From: Podarcis melisellensis
Taxonomy: Eukaryota
Direction: 5' to 3' (one strand)
DNA: 64,000 bases
Assembly: GCA_964234715.1 (NCBI GenBank)
Contig: OZ174277.1
Shown here: piece by piece, positions 52,161 through 64,000 of the stretch
How the letters are laid out: the number at the start of each line of letters is the position of its first letter
Position numbering within the stretch: the stretch's first letter is position 1
Position numbers and translations under genes: made by a program
Notes under the pieces: generated by a model
Seen by the model: only the letters and a program-made list of their open reading frames with translations
Told to the model about the DNA's origin: nothing
Database searches by the model: none

Positions 52161-52455
52161 CATGCTGTAAAGAACTCCAGCCCAAAATATCTGAAAGGCC
52201 CTTCCTTCCCTGTAGACCCTAAGTTGTAGAACTCCATCCCCACAGAGGTGTGTCTGGGAACTTCATTATGCCGTTTCCCATGAATGCTGAAGATGTACCT
52301 CTTTACCCTGGCTTTTAAGTTGGTTCTAATGTTGCAGGTGAAGGGTGGGTAACAAATCAATACTCTGCAATCTTACATGCTTTTCTCTGACCCTACCTAT
52401 TCGATACCATGGTGACTGAAGCTATCCCCTGAGCCAGCGTTGCTCTGACGACGTT

Positions 52456-52584
52456 AGAATCACAGAAGGGACCACAAGGATCATCTCGTCCAACCACCTG
52501 CAATGCAGGAATCTTTCACCCAACGTGGGGCTTGAACCCACGGCGCTGAGATTATGAATCTCATAGTCTACCAACTGAGCTATC
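52456..52584 (-). mobile_element. tRNA-headed SINE with CR1-type tail (Squam-like)
   Basis: Antisense tagctcagttggtag...gggttcaagccc followed by ttggacgagatgatccttgtggtcccttc. Confidence 0.75.
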
Positions 52585-55559
52585 AGAACCCATCTTGCAG
52601 TTATAGCTACATCTCGTCATATACTAGTTTATTCATTCTCCAACTACCAGGTAGTCAACATGGTACCTTCCAGATATTGGACCACAGTTTCCACTGTTCC
52701 TGGCCACTGCCTATCTTGACTGGTGCTAATGGTAGCTGTAGTCCAACAGCATCGAGAAGGTGCCATATTAGCTGACCTTGCCCAAACATCCGCAGCTGGG
52801 GTTGGTAGTATTACTGAACCACGAAATAAACATATTTAATACATTGTTTTTTAAAAATATGTATGTTAAACTGATTCAGGTTTCAAACAAACAAACCCAA
52901 AGGATGATGGATCCATTTTTCTTAAATCAAAAGGAGCTAATTTCTGGTGAAGCATTTTTGGCACAGAAACCTTTCTACAACATCACTGTTTAGCCAGAGG
53001 CAAAATCAACCAGGAATCATCTAGAGTTCAGCTTGCCTCCTATTACTCCCCCTCTTCTGTGACCTCAAGTAAATTAAAGCTTTCCATCATGACAGGGTCT
53101 CAAATAATAAGCAGCTCAAGAGTTTAAGAAATTCTTCAGCATATTTAAGGAAAAGTGATGCCATCAACCAACTAAAGTATTTTCCCACAGAAGGCATCCA
53201 AGTAAGTTCACAGTCTCTCCTAGAACGTAACTCCTTGTACATTGCTGGCAAAGCATGCACGTTCAAACCCAGCCAGCATTTCCAGCCGTGGCTTATGTTG
53301 AGCAATCTTTTGATTAGAGAGAATAATATTTTGACATTACCTTCTGCTGCAAATTTTTGTACTTAAATGTACAACATAGCTGTGCAGAAATGGTTGCTAC
53401 CTTAAACACAGATATCATTAAAAGAGCGATCATCCATGCCCTTACTACAATTAGTGTCCTGCTACATGACTACGAATTCCAACATGTGGCCCTTGAAGGG
53501 GTTACTTAGGAGCAAGTTTAAGCTTAAGCCTCTATTAGTTTCCAAAGTTGCAAATATAATGGATTTTATTCCACAGCTAGCCAATACGAGTCAGTCAGTA
53601 TGAGAATCCCCCACCCCCTGCATACTCCAACCCTCTCCTAATCAAGTCAGTGAGGATAATACTTTACACATCTGAAGAAGCAGGCCTGAGTTCATGAGAT
53701 CTTATGCTGCAATACAGTTCGAACGGAAAAGTCAATTTAAGAGCAGAGTTAGTGTGGCGTGGTGGCTAAAATGTTGGATTTGAATGTGGCATTATTCAAA
53801 TCCCTACTACCCCTGTGAGGTCACGAGCCAGTTAATGTTATGTCCCCTGCATCCACATCATAGTGAAGGAATACTCGGGTTCAGATGACTCACAAGTCAA
53901 CCCCTGCTCAGTGGGGAGGTGGAACCTGCAGCAACCCCTTTCTACCCCATCCTTGCCTGAGGACACAGCTCTTCCAGCATCTCCACTCTGGGGATGACTC
54001 CTCCGTAGCTTCTCCTGTTCCACTGCCATGCAGGAGCATGCAACTAAAACGAGCTACTTAAAAGATTGCACCCAGCTCACCCAAGAGGGTGGAACCACTA
54101 GAAGGGAAGCCTTGGCACTCTTCGGATAACTTTGGTTCTCAGCAGAAACACCACCTTACAAAGCTCAACCAGAAGAGTCCATTGGGAGTAGCTAGAGTCC
54201 TGATAGGGCCTGGTTTTACAGGAAGAGACTCTGGGAATCTGTATCATTTCCCTGGTGAGCACCAAGTCCCAGCAGAACATGATAGTGTATCCCAAGCTCA
54301 GCCTTCCTCACAGGGTTGCTTGAGACAAACATGTTGCTCTGAATTCCTAAGCCTAATATGCAGATGAAGCAATAATAAAAGCCGGGTAATTCTCGCTGGA
54401 GACTCAAAGCATAAAAATAGGACATTCAGTTCATATTCAGATCTATCAGAACACAACAGTATGAAGCTGTTGTTTTAAATGGTAGATTCAAGAGGAGTGC
54501 CATTTTCCTGCCTCCAATCTTCTTTTCTCTGTGCCATTTGAAATTGGTATTCAGATTTTTGAAATTGTGTTTACTTAACATTCAAGGGGTGAGTCATAAG
54601 GACTTAACATTCAAGGGGTGAATCACAAGCTTCACACCACCACGGTTTGGGTCACATTCCAACTTGCGACTTCTAAAATGGGGAGCCTTCCAAATTAATG
54701 AAAGCTCCCCATGAAAAGCTCCCTATTTAGAACTCCATAGTTCTAAATGTAACACTGACTGTATATTAGTTTATAAATTATGACAGTAAAAGTAATTGCA
54801 ATCCTATGCCAAAGCAATACCTCCTGAAGGTAGGAGCCATCATTTTATCAGGTACTCCAAGGCACAAGAAAAAAATTGTGATCTATTATTGTGAGGTCAA
54901 GATACCAGAACCGGCATGCTGTGTAAATAATAGCCTAAATTACATATTTCAAGGTTTCCTTTCATCTGGGTTACACACATTTGCTGCTTTAGTTATTAGA
55001 GTTTAGGGTTCCAGCTGCACAGCTGAAGTGGTGCCTGGGTTCTCTACAGCATAATTAAAAGCCTTTATTTCCCCTGCCCCCTGTGTCTTCTGGGGTTACC
55101 AGAAGCATGGCAGAGCATAACAGCCCAGTTTTAAAGGAGATAGAAAACGAATTTAAAGCAAAATGTAACAGTGATCTAAAACACAATACACAATTTTTAA
55201 TATACCAGTATTTTTTTCTAGCACAAAGTGTTTTATGTTAGTTTTGTACATGAGGTAACCAGGCTCTGAAAACAGTTGAAGGTAGTATTGGCACAGCTTG
55301 GAAAAGTCAAGATTGGGATTTGCACAGATTTGTCGCACAACACCTTTTTGCAGAGCCAAAGAGATAGTCTGATAAATAGCCATACGGTATAGAAGGGACA
55401 GCACAGGCTGAGTAGCTTGAGTAAGTTGAGTAACTGAGTAAGCTGAACCCTTTCCCTTGTACACTTCCTGCTTTTGCAGCTGTAACAGCCATTTAAAAAC
55501 TAAATCTCTTGTTAAGGAGATTTGCTACAGAGCATCTTATTATGCATTGAATTGTTTAG

Positions 55560-56527
55560 GTGGCCTCAGTGGCCCAGAGTGCCTTCCATCAGCTTCAGCT
55601 GGTGGTCCAGCTACGCCCCTATCTATATAGGGATAGCTGAACTGTTGATATCTATGCTCTGGTAACCAGTGGTGGAGGAAGCCTCTCTGGCACCCAGGGC
55701 GGGGTGCGGTGGGGCAGGGCAAATTGCCAGCTGCACACACGTGGCGCCCATATGGATGATGCTTGAGCGGCAGCCTGTACGGATGGCGCGCACGTGCCCT
55801 CGGCTGCTCTACAGCTGGGGGGGGGGAGGCAGTGGGCCATCTTGTCACCCCCCCCAGGGTGGCACCTGATGCCCCTCCTTTATACACCCCTGCTGGTAAC
55901 CTCAAGGTTAGATTACTACAATTCACTATATATAGGGCTGCTTCTGAAGATGGTTTGGAAACTTCAGCTAGTGTGGAATTCAGCAGCCAGGTTGCTCAAC
56001 AGAGCAAGATGGTTTGAGCATATTACACTGATCCTGGTCTGACTGCACTGGCTACCAAGTAGTTTCCGGGCCCAATTCAAAGTGTTGGTTTTGACCTATA
56101 AAGCCTTAAATGGCTCAGGACCACAATACCTCAAGGACCGCTTCTTTCCATACGAACCTACCTGGACCCTGAGATCATCTTCTGAGGCCCTTCTTCATGT
56201 GCCGCCTCCTCAAGAGGTCTGGAGGGTGGCAACACAAGAACAGACCTTCTCTTCAGTGGCTCCCTGTCTGTGGAATGCTCTCCCCAGGGAAGTTTGCCTG
56301 GTGCCTTTAAGCGCCAAGCAAAAATGTTCCCTTTTAACCAGGCCTTTGGTTGTTTTGATTGACATCCTATGCCCTTTTAAAATGTGGGTGTGGGGGGATG
56401 TTATTGAGTTTTTATTTTGATTATATATTTTGTGGTTTTATATTTTGATTTAATTCTGTGAACCGCCCTGAGACCTCCGGGTATAGGGTGGCATAACAAC
56501 AACAACTACTACAACAACAACAACAAA
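55560..56527 (+). mobile_element. L2 LINE 3' portion, interrupted by a hAT MITE
   Basis: VASVAQSAFHQLQLVVQLRPYL...LVTSRLDYYNSLY...LHWLP...KVLVLTYKALNG...APCLWNALP, then UTR and (AAC)n tail. Confidence 0.92.
55667..55892. mobile_element. hAT-type MITE nested in L2
   Basis: Perfect 8-bp TSD ctggtaac (55659-55666, 55893-55900) and imperfect TIRs cagtggtgga / tacacccctg. Confidence 0.88.
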
Positions 56528-56559
56528 ATGAGTAAATAAAAAATGCATTACATTAGTCA

Positions 56560-57600
56560 TTTATTAATTATTATTTTTATCCTATTTTATCCTATCCTCC
56601 CAGAGGAGCCGAAGGTGGCAAGTAAGAAGTGCACGCTCTCTCCTTTATGGCAATTATTATTATTTCTGTGTATTAGAAAATGAAAATATATTTTTTAAAA
56701 AATATCTTGAAAACCATTCCATTACACATGCGGACTGGGAAAGTTCTCAGCCTTCTTTTTTGAAAGAAAAAGAACTTCAGTAGACAGAAGAAACAACAGA
56801 GAGAGTACCTGTCTAATATTCAGGGGCAGGGGATTCCCATAGCTATGATACCTGCGTTGTGTGGAATACACCTCTGAGTAGACTGAGTAGGTATGAAAGG
56901 AGGGAGACAATCTTTCAGGTATCCTGGACCCAAATTGTAAAGGACTTTATAAACCAGAAACAGTAGCTAATTGTCAGTCAATGCAATTTTCTCAACAGCA
57001 GGTAATATCCTGCCCCAGTGAGCAGTTGAGTCACTGCATTTTGCACCAGCTGCAGCAACCCACCTAGAGTGCATTGTAGTAATCCAGCCTAGAGGTTGCC
57101 AGCACATGGACAACAGTGGTCAGGCTATCTTGGCCCAGAAACTGCTGTCGCTGTCTTATCAGCCAAAGGAGACCCAGAAGCACCCAGAGACTACAAACCT
57201 CAAAAGCAGGCAGTTGTCCAATTATCCTGATACAGGAAGCACCCACCCATTGTGCCTCCATCTTACCAGGATTCAGAATCAGTTTACTGGCCCTTATCCA
57301 GCCCACCACTGACACCTGGCATCATGGCACCTCACAGCATAGACAGGCGGGCAAAAGGCAGTTTCTCTGAAACTGACCCTGAAGATAGTATTGGAACCAC
57401 TGCTTAATTGTCTCCAACACCCATCTCACTAAGTTGGCTCAGTCAGTATTATCAAAAGCTGGTGAGAGAACAAGGAACAATAACAGGGTTGCACCCCCCC
57501 TGTGCTTATTCCAATAAAGGCCATACGTTAGGGCAACCAAGGCTGATTCAGTCCCATAATCATGATCCAGCTTTCTATAATTTGATTTACATTTGAGGTA
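56560..57600 (-). mobile_element. L2 LINE fragment, degraded
   Basis: TESALVAL...SPAFD, WIRASKLILNPGK, LATSRLDYYNAL motifs and an antisense L2-type tail near 56560-56620. Confidence 0.85.
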
Positions 57601-58482
57601 CTGTATATTTAAAACAACCACTACTGAAATGCAAACATGTGTGACCTGTGCAGAAACAGCTTAGCACAGTAAAACAGCAAATCATTTTGACTTTCTCTTA
57701 CTATATGCTAACAACATGGAGATAATGGTATGTTTTTATTTTCCTTTTTTACCATGTTCCTGAAAGACAAAAGGTTAACTTGTACTCATGTAACCTAAAG
57801 TCTATATCCATATTCATCCTTTTGTGGGGGGCGGTTCACATACCCCCTTGAGTCAACATTAATGCTCCAATAAGTATATTTATCTCCCTTTGCCAAACAG
57901 ATAGCTATAATTTCCTGCACAATGGAGGGGAAAGATTGGAACTAATATATCTGTTTGGATAGCTGTGTAATGCATTCCTCTTCTGTTTTTCCTGTACTGC
58001 ATTTGTAATCAGAGCTCTCTCTCAAAATTCAATTAAATGGAAGCTAATAAAAATTAACTAACTTAGTCTTTTGACAGCAGCATCCCATGGAAGGAATACC
58101 TTATTCAATCAGAGGAAAATAGTATAGTAGAAAAAATACGAAGCACATTCTCTCGCGCGTTCCTGCTTTGACCTCACTTAAAGTCCTTTCTCAACATTAC
58201 CTTTGTGATTTAGCAACAGCGGTAGCAGGGCACCTCCTCACACCACCAAGGGAGCCAGGAGACCTGGGCCACATGGAAGGATCCACTGGCATGGCTTTCT
58301 CTCTATTAGCATTAAGCCAGCTTCTGAAAGGGGCTATGCTAACATGGAGAGGAATAAAAGTTGAAATTGCCTCCTGCAAGTTTATTTCTCAGGCTATAGG
58401 CAGGCTAATACCAAACCTTGGTTGAACAAAACTATGCTTTAAAAAAATGATGTCAGATTAACAAAACAGAGAAGAGGAGGTA

Positions 58483-58708
58483 CACTGGTACCTCTGGTTC
58501 TGTAGGTCCGTTCTTAACCTGAAACTGTTTTTAGCCTGAAGCACCACTTTAGCTAATGGGGCCTCCTGTTGCTGCCACGCCGCCGGAGCACAATTTCTGT
58601 TCTCATCCTGAAGCAAAGTTCTTAACCCGAGGTACTACTTTTGGGTTAGTGGAGTCTGTAACCTGAAGCATATGTACCCTGAAACGTATGTAACCCGAGG
58701 TACCACTG
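58483..58708. mobile_element. pogo/Tc1-mariner-type MITE (28617 family)
   Basis: TIRs and TA flanks. Confidence 0.9.
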
Positions 58709-58837
58709 TATATTGATTTTATAAAACAGAAAACTGAGCTGTAAAAACAACTTATTGTTGCTTGTGGCTGCATTGCATGGGCAGCCAACATCAGTGTGTA
58801 AATGGGAGAGAAATGAATGGGGTTTATCCAAGGGTAC

Positions 58838-59246
58838 TGTGATGGGATAATGAGCTGCTTGTGCGTAAAAGCTTAATCCCTCTCTGGTTTGGCTGGTCAA
58901 CCAAACCCAGGCACTAACGGAACCCCCCAAAGCATGGCTCCGTCAGTCGCTGGTAGAATCTGACAGTGGGCGTCTACGGAATTTACTCCAACATAAAAGC
59001 TGTTTGACGGACATGCGCCTTCATGACTCTCTGCGTGACAGTTTCCGGCGAGGGGTGGGAGTTGCTAACGGGGGTCTTGATACCTCTGCACTATTCTCAC
59101 TAGAAGTATCCCAGAGCCTTCCCTCCGATTCCCCTTCCGCTGGAACTCCTGCGCTCCCCCTGCTGGTTCCTGCTTCTGCTGTAGGGTCTCTCCTATTCTC
59201 CTGGAGCCTTTCCCCCATCTCTCTCTCTGATGGCAGTTCCCTGACA
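58838..59246 (-). mobile_element. Solo LTR, Gypsy-like (409 bp)
   Basis: TGT...ACA termini, perfect 5-bp TSD ggtac (58833-58837, 59247-59251), retained CpGs, AGTAAA on the minus strand at about 58982-58987. Confidence 0.8.
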
Positions 59247-59318
59247 GGTACTACTGGAATACTTCACACACATGAAGCCTGTTGGAATAAAAGGATCCTA
59301 ATGCGACATTGTGACCTG

Positions 59319-59426
59319 AGGGATAGTTCAGTTGGTTGAGCATGAGACTTAATTTCAGGGTTGTGGGTGAAAGATTCCTGAATTGCAGGGAGTTGGAATA
59401 GATAATCCCTGTGGTCCCTTCTAACC
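59319..59426 (+). mobile_element. tRNA-headed SINE with CR1-type tail, internally deleted
   Basis: gatagttcagttggttgag...aaagattcctg...gtggtcccttctaac. Homologous to 52456-52584. Confidence 0.7.
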
Positions 59427-60555
59427 TGCTTTCATAACACTGAATACGCTGGTGACTTACAGACTAGACTGAACCAAAAAACTATAGGGTGTGGCAACCA
59501 CATTGTAAAACAGCATCAGCTAGTACTAGTGAACTGAACATTTAGATATTCAAACGTAAGTTAGTGACATTGTCAAACTAGACAATCAGTGAATGCTATC
59601 AAATCAAGAAGGACTAATTTTGATGGCAAAAGTTAGATTTCATACATGGAATCTAGGTGCTGCTGTCAGGTACCAGATCAATGGTATATCTATTCTTATC
59701 TCAGAGTCAAGACTAGGAGTCCCCTGACACTGTGAACCACTCCAAATCACATCCCGCATTGGTATGTTTGAGGGAGGATACTGTAAGGCATCAATGGGAG
59801 CTTGTAAAATGTGAGACTGCAACTTGATCATTAATTGCTCAGGTCAATCTTTGGATACCTGAAAGTGTACGGAAAGGCAGTCTACTGTAGCAGCACCTGC
59901 TGCATTTCAAAAAACATATTTATGGTATTTATCAGATTTAAATGATTAATCAACATTTAGGGACTAAAATGGCCAACTAGTAAAATGTAATTTATTTGTA
60001 CAGCTGTCCATTTCTTTCTCCTTTAATAACACTGTATTTAATAATATATTGAACTTTTTAAAAGACACACACACATGTTCTTTCTAAATATGTATTTTTT
60101 TGTTCTCCTATTTATTATTATCATTAGTAGTAGCAGCAGTAGTGGCATCAGTTTTATACAGTGTATAATGTAAGCTAGCTACTTACTTGAGTTACTGAGA
60201 TAGATTACCTGGAGTTACTTTTCTATTCTGTTTATATCTGAAGGATTACATCTTTAGCAGTGCCATGCGACACATTGATTGTTTTTCTTTGCTGACTACA
60301 GTAAAAAGCAGAAAAGCAAATCATGAGGAGTAACTCGCAAAGATAGAGAAGTAAACTTAATTACAGCTAAAGCAGGAAGTCTAAAATATGTTAGGAGGTC
60401 ATTTGGCTACCAAGCTAGGAAAATGATATTACGGTAGAGAATTAACATTCTGCATCAGTCATCCTGAAAAGGCCAAACACAAACAAATGCATCATTAAGA
60501 GGTTTTAGAGCAAACCAAGGAACCAAATGAGATAATACTTTAGGTACTTCTAATA

Positions 60556-60836
60556 CAGTGGTACCTCGCAAGACGAATGCCTCACAAGACGAAAAGCACG
60601 TAAGACGAAAGAGTTTTCCGTTTTTTGAGTCGTTCCGCAAGACGAATTTCCCTATGTGCTTGCTTCGCAAGAAGAAACGTCTTGCGAGTTCTTGTGAGTT
60701 TGTTTCCTTTTTCTTAAAGCCGCTAAGCCATTAATAGCCGCTAAGCCGCTAATAGTCGCTAAGCCGCTAATAGCCGTGCTCCGCAAGACGAAGAGACTCG
60801 CGGAACGGGTTAATTTCGTCTTGCGAGGCACCACTG
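60556..60836. mobile_element. pogo/Tc1-mariner-type MITE with internal tandem repeats
   Basis: 22-bp TIR cagtggtacctcgcaagacgaa / ttcgtcttgcgaggcaccactg, TA flanks, internal AAGACGAA copies and an 18-bp gccgctaagccgctaata array. Confidence 0.92.
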
Positions 60837-61811
60837 TACATAATTTTAGGTTTTCTGGTTGTTGTTCACTTTTAACATTCTTTCTTCTAGCCTAAACATA
60901 CCTGTTGTCATAATCTGCATGCATGCCTTGCATTCCAATTGCCTCCTCCTTTTCCTTGCTCTCTTCCAAAGCCACTTTAGTCTTTTTTTTTTTTTAAGTG
61001 TCATGACCAGAACTGAGCACAAAAACACCATCTGACATTTCACGGAAATGAAAATCAACTGACAAATCTGAATGTGATCTAGTACATAAATGTTATAAAC
61101 ATTCAATTATATCTCCTTCAAGTATCTCATGACTCAAGTCTTTCACAACTAAAATCCACCTTTGATCTGTTGTGCTTTGTTTTGCTTTTCAGGAGGTGCG
61201 TTCCTGCATTCTGGATAATTTTAGAGCATGGGTTTAAAAAAATATTTCTAATGCACTTACAGCTCCTTCCTTTCGTTTCTCTAAGGAGATATTCCTGATA
61301 AACAAATGCTTCCAAATTCCAATCACCAAATTCCAATGGCCACACCATTAAGTTTCTTTTTATTTTTAATGAAATTTTATTGATTTTTTTTGACATAAAA
61401 TACATAAGAATCAAACTAGTTTACAGAACAAGAATATTAAAAAGCCAAAAGATAAAAAACAAGAGAAAAAAGAAAGGAGAGAAAGGGGGCGGGGGATACC
61501 TATAAGGCATATACCATATTTATAGCATATTTATCCTGCCATTTATCTGCATGCAGAGTTAGACCCTCCCATCTCCCAGCTGGGGACCTACTTCTTCTCC
61601 CAGCCTCTCGCCCTGGATCTGTTAGCCTGCCACCTAAGTTTCCAACTTACTGTTCAGTAAGGTGAGGAAGCTGTGTGGGTGTTTAATGTACGCTTCAACA
61701 GAAAACATTCTTTATGGATCCCAGGCACATGGTGATTGCAAAGCGGGCAGTGGAGGAACATTTGGTTAGATGCATAGGCCCTGAAGGGTAGGGAAAGAAA
61801 GTATGACTGAA

Positions 61812-62000
61812 ATATAAGGAAGCTGTCTTATACTGAGTCCAACCACGGATCCATCCAACTTAGTATTGTCTACGCTGATGGCAGCAGCTCTTCAGGGTAT
61901 CAGACGGGATATTCCCTGCCTCACCTGGAGATGCTGTGGACTGACTCTGGCACCTGTGTGCAAAGTCGGTGGTCTACCACCAACTTAAAGCTCTTTCCCT
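61812..62000 (-). mobile_element. tRNA-derived SINE with CR1-like 3' region
   Basis: ataaggaagctgtcttatactgagtc...ggcagcagctcttcaggg...tctaccac, a common squamate SINE layout. Confidence 0.6.
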
Positions 62001-62245
62001 TTTCTGTACAAGTGAAACACTGGGGATTCTTTTTAGCATTGATTAATTAAAATATGTTAGCGTCATAAAGGGCCAGGTGAAATTGCTTTTGAGGTCAGAT
62101 CCAGCCTTTCAGTTGATTACCTCTCACCAACATCAGAGACTCTCCCTTCCTTCTTGGCTTTATGCTCTCAAAAAAGGAAGGAAACGTGATCTGGTTTGCC
62201 TCTACGCCAACATCTGTAGGCACAGCATAGATAAAATGATCTGTT

Positions 62246-62273
62246 TGATTGATTGATTGATTGATTGATTGAT
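62246..62273. repeat. (GATT)n microsatellite
   Basis: Seen directly. Another lies at about 34330-34354. Confidence 0.85.
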
Positions 62274-64000
62274 ACCCAAAACATTTTACAAACTGTGTCA
62301 GATACCTGTAATAATGTGATCAGCTGAATAAGAGACTGGTATTAATAACGGAAACTCACTGAATTTAATGGCATGCAATGACTGGTACTTTAGTGTGAGT
62401 TTCTCGGAAGCCCATCTTCCTACGTCCAGTGCAAAGATAAGCACAACTCACTCATTCTCCCTCATTTCTAGTACATTTGCAAATACATCTTCTCTTCAGA
62501 CTCCCCCCAAATCACTGTAAGCGGGGTTTTTTGTTTTAAAAAACACCATTGAAAGAACTGTAAAATACAGCTACAGCTTCATTACAATTCTTACGGACCC
62601 CATATTGGGATGTCATCTGGATTGTGTCAGCCTTTAGAACTTTCATTCTGACACACATATATATTAAGTGGTCATTTGTTGGAGATTAAGGGATTAAAAT
62701 GGAAAAGACAAACAACAAATACACTGTCATAATTAACCCTGAAAAGCTAGGGCACTCAAGCAAGACACACTCTGCGAACCTTAAAATGTGACACCCCGTC
62801 CCCTCTTACTGCCTAGAGGGGGAGAGTGGACTAGTCAAAGCAGAGTATTAACAGCTGCCACCACCCCAGTCTCCTTCCTTCAAACAGACTCAATTGACTT
62901 GTCATTCATCCACCCAGCAGTGATTTTTGCCAGCCTTCTGTGGCTGCTCCGTGGTGCATTGTTTGCTCACGCTTTCCCTCTGGGTAACGAAGTGAAAAGT
63001 CTTACAAAAACCATTGCCGGATGGTCAAATGTAAGTCTGGCTGCAGCAAGGAGAAAAGGATTGTGGCAGTGAGTAGAAACAGCAGCAAGCTGGCAAAAAT
63101 ACACATTCGCTGCACATGAAGCAGAGCTGACCTGTCAGGCAGCAGCTGGAGATGAGTTGAGACTGAATGCACAAGACAACAGATTGATCAGTGATCAACA
63201 GCAGCAGCGGCTTCAAACCTGCCTATCTAGACGTGTCACTATCCTTGTGGCAAATTTGCCACCAGTGTTGTTGCCATGGGTAGTCTTGGAGTGGCTAATA
63301 GGATAAACAATAGTGAACAGTAGGTTTGGTAAATGTAGGAAGTTGCTGTCCTTCAATTCCCTTCTTTCCATGCCCTGTCTGGAATCCAAAGGAAAGGAGT
63401 AAGCTTAGTGGTGCTGACAACTTCCAACATATTTAGAAATGGTTTTACTCTTTCACCAAACTGAAACTCCCCATTGTTTTGAGGTTGTGTAATCCGTGCA
63501 TGTCATAACATGGTCATAAGATTAAACTTGGTGAGCCAAGCTATGGGAGTAAGCAGATGATAGACTGTGCTGACCCTCAATTCCTGATCTAGTTATCAAT
63601 ATTTAAAACAGATGGGTCCCTCCACTTCCCCCCAAAAGAACTGCTATTGAACTAAATTGGTTTGGTTGTGATGAAAGTGAAGATCATGGTTACATATAAA
63701 ATGATTTGAAGTAGAGCTTTTTGCTTTGATCACGCTTGTGTTCAAATGATGAATAGGACAAGTTTCAGAGCCAAAAGATGGCATTAGTTCAATCAGCTTT
63801 TCAAAGCCACCAAATGATCTTCCCGATTCTCATTCAAACAGCTACCCAAGATGTGTGCTGAGATCACCTCAACATCTTTGAAAATACATCAGACTATGTG
63901 TTGCCTCATTTCTGTCATCAGTTTCTTCCCTCTAAAAAGCTGCCTTCAAACTGTAAGAAAGCAGAGTTTCCAGGTGATCAGTGAACTCTGACGAAGTGAA

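Noticed and set aside
52520-52584. tRNA gene
   Set aside because: Degenerate cloverleaf fused to a CR1-type tail, so it is a SINE head. The same applies to the Sauria SINE heads.
60895-61000. Exon-like purine-rich segment (KTKVALEESKEKEEAIGMQG..., CAG|GTATGT)
   Set aside because: No similarity to the expected preceding MTHFD1L exon (LPICMAKTHLS...) and no clear acceptor.
1-64000. Novel multi-gene system, endogenous viral ORF or prokaryotic island
   Set aside because: No long ORFs, operon-like structure or viral protein motifs were seen. Content is explained by two host exons plus squamate transposons.

Overview
This is eukaryotic genomic DNA, very likely from a lacertid-type lizard, judged from seven Sauria/Squam1-type SINEs and other squamate repeat families. 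Two genes lie on the minus strand in the tandem order known from other amniotes. The first is the 3' end of MTHFD1L: its last coding exon is 47299-47192 ([29 protein letters not shown]), followed by a 3'-UTR intron, and 47300-64000 is intron. The second is the 5' end of AKAP12/gravin: a CpG-island promoter at about 6.5-8.2 kb and a first coding exon at 7191-7039 encoding the myristoylation-type N-terminus MGAGSS..., with 1-7038 as intron. The rest is intron or intergenic DNA rich in transposons: Sauria SINEs, RTE/L2/CR1 LINE fragments, tRNA- and CORE-SINEs, pogo/Tc1-type and hAT MITEs, and two solo LTRs. Almost all ORFs in the supplied track are spurious or transposon-derived. I found no convincing previously undescribed multi-gene system. 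The best leads are regulatory or structural: a solo LTR with intact promoter motifs pointing at AKAP12, the AKAP12 E-box/GC-box module, the MTHFD1L 3'-UTR intron and a candidate cryptic exon, and several nested or chimeric transposons. Gene and family assignments rest on recognition from memory, not database searches.
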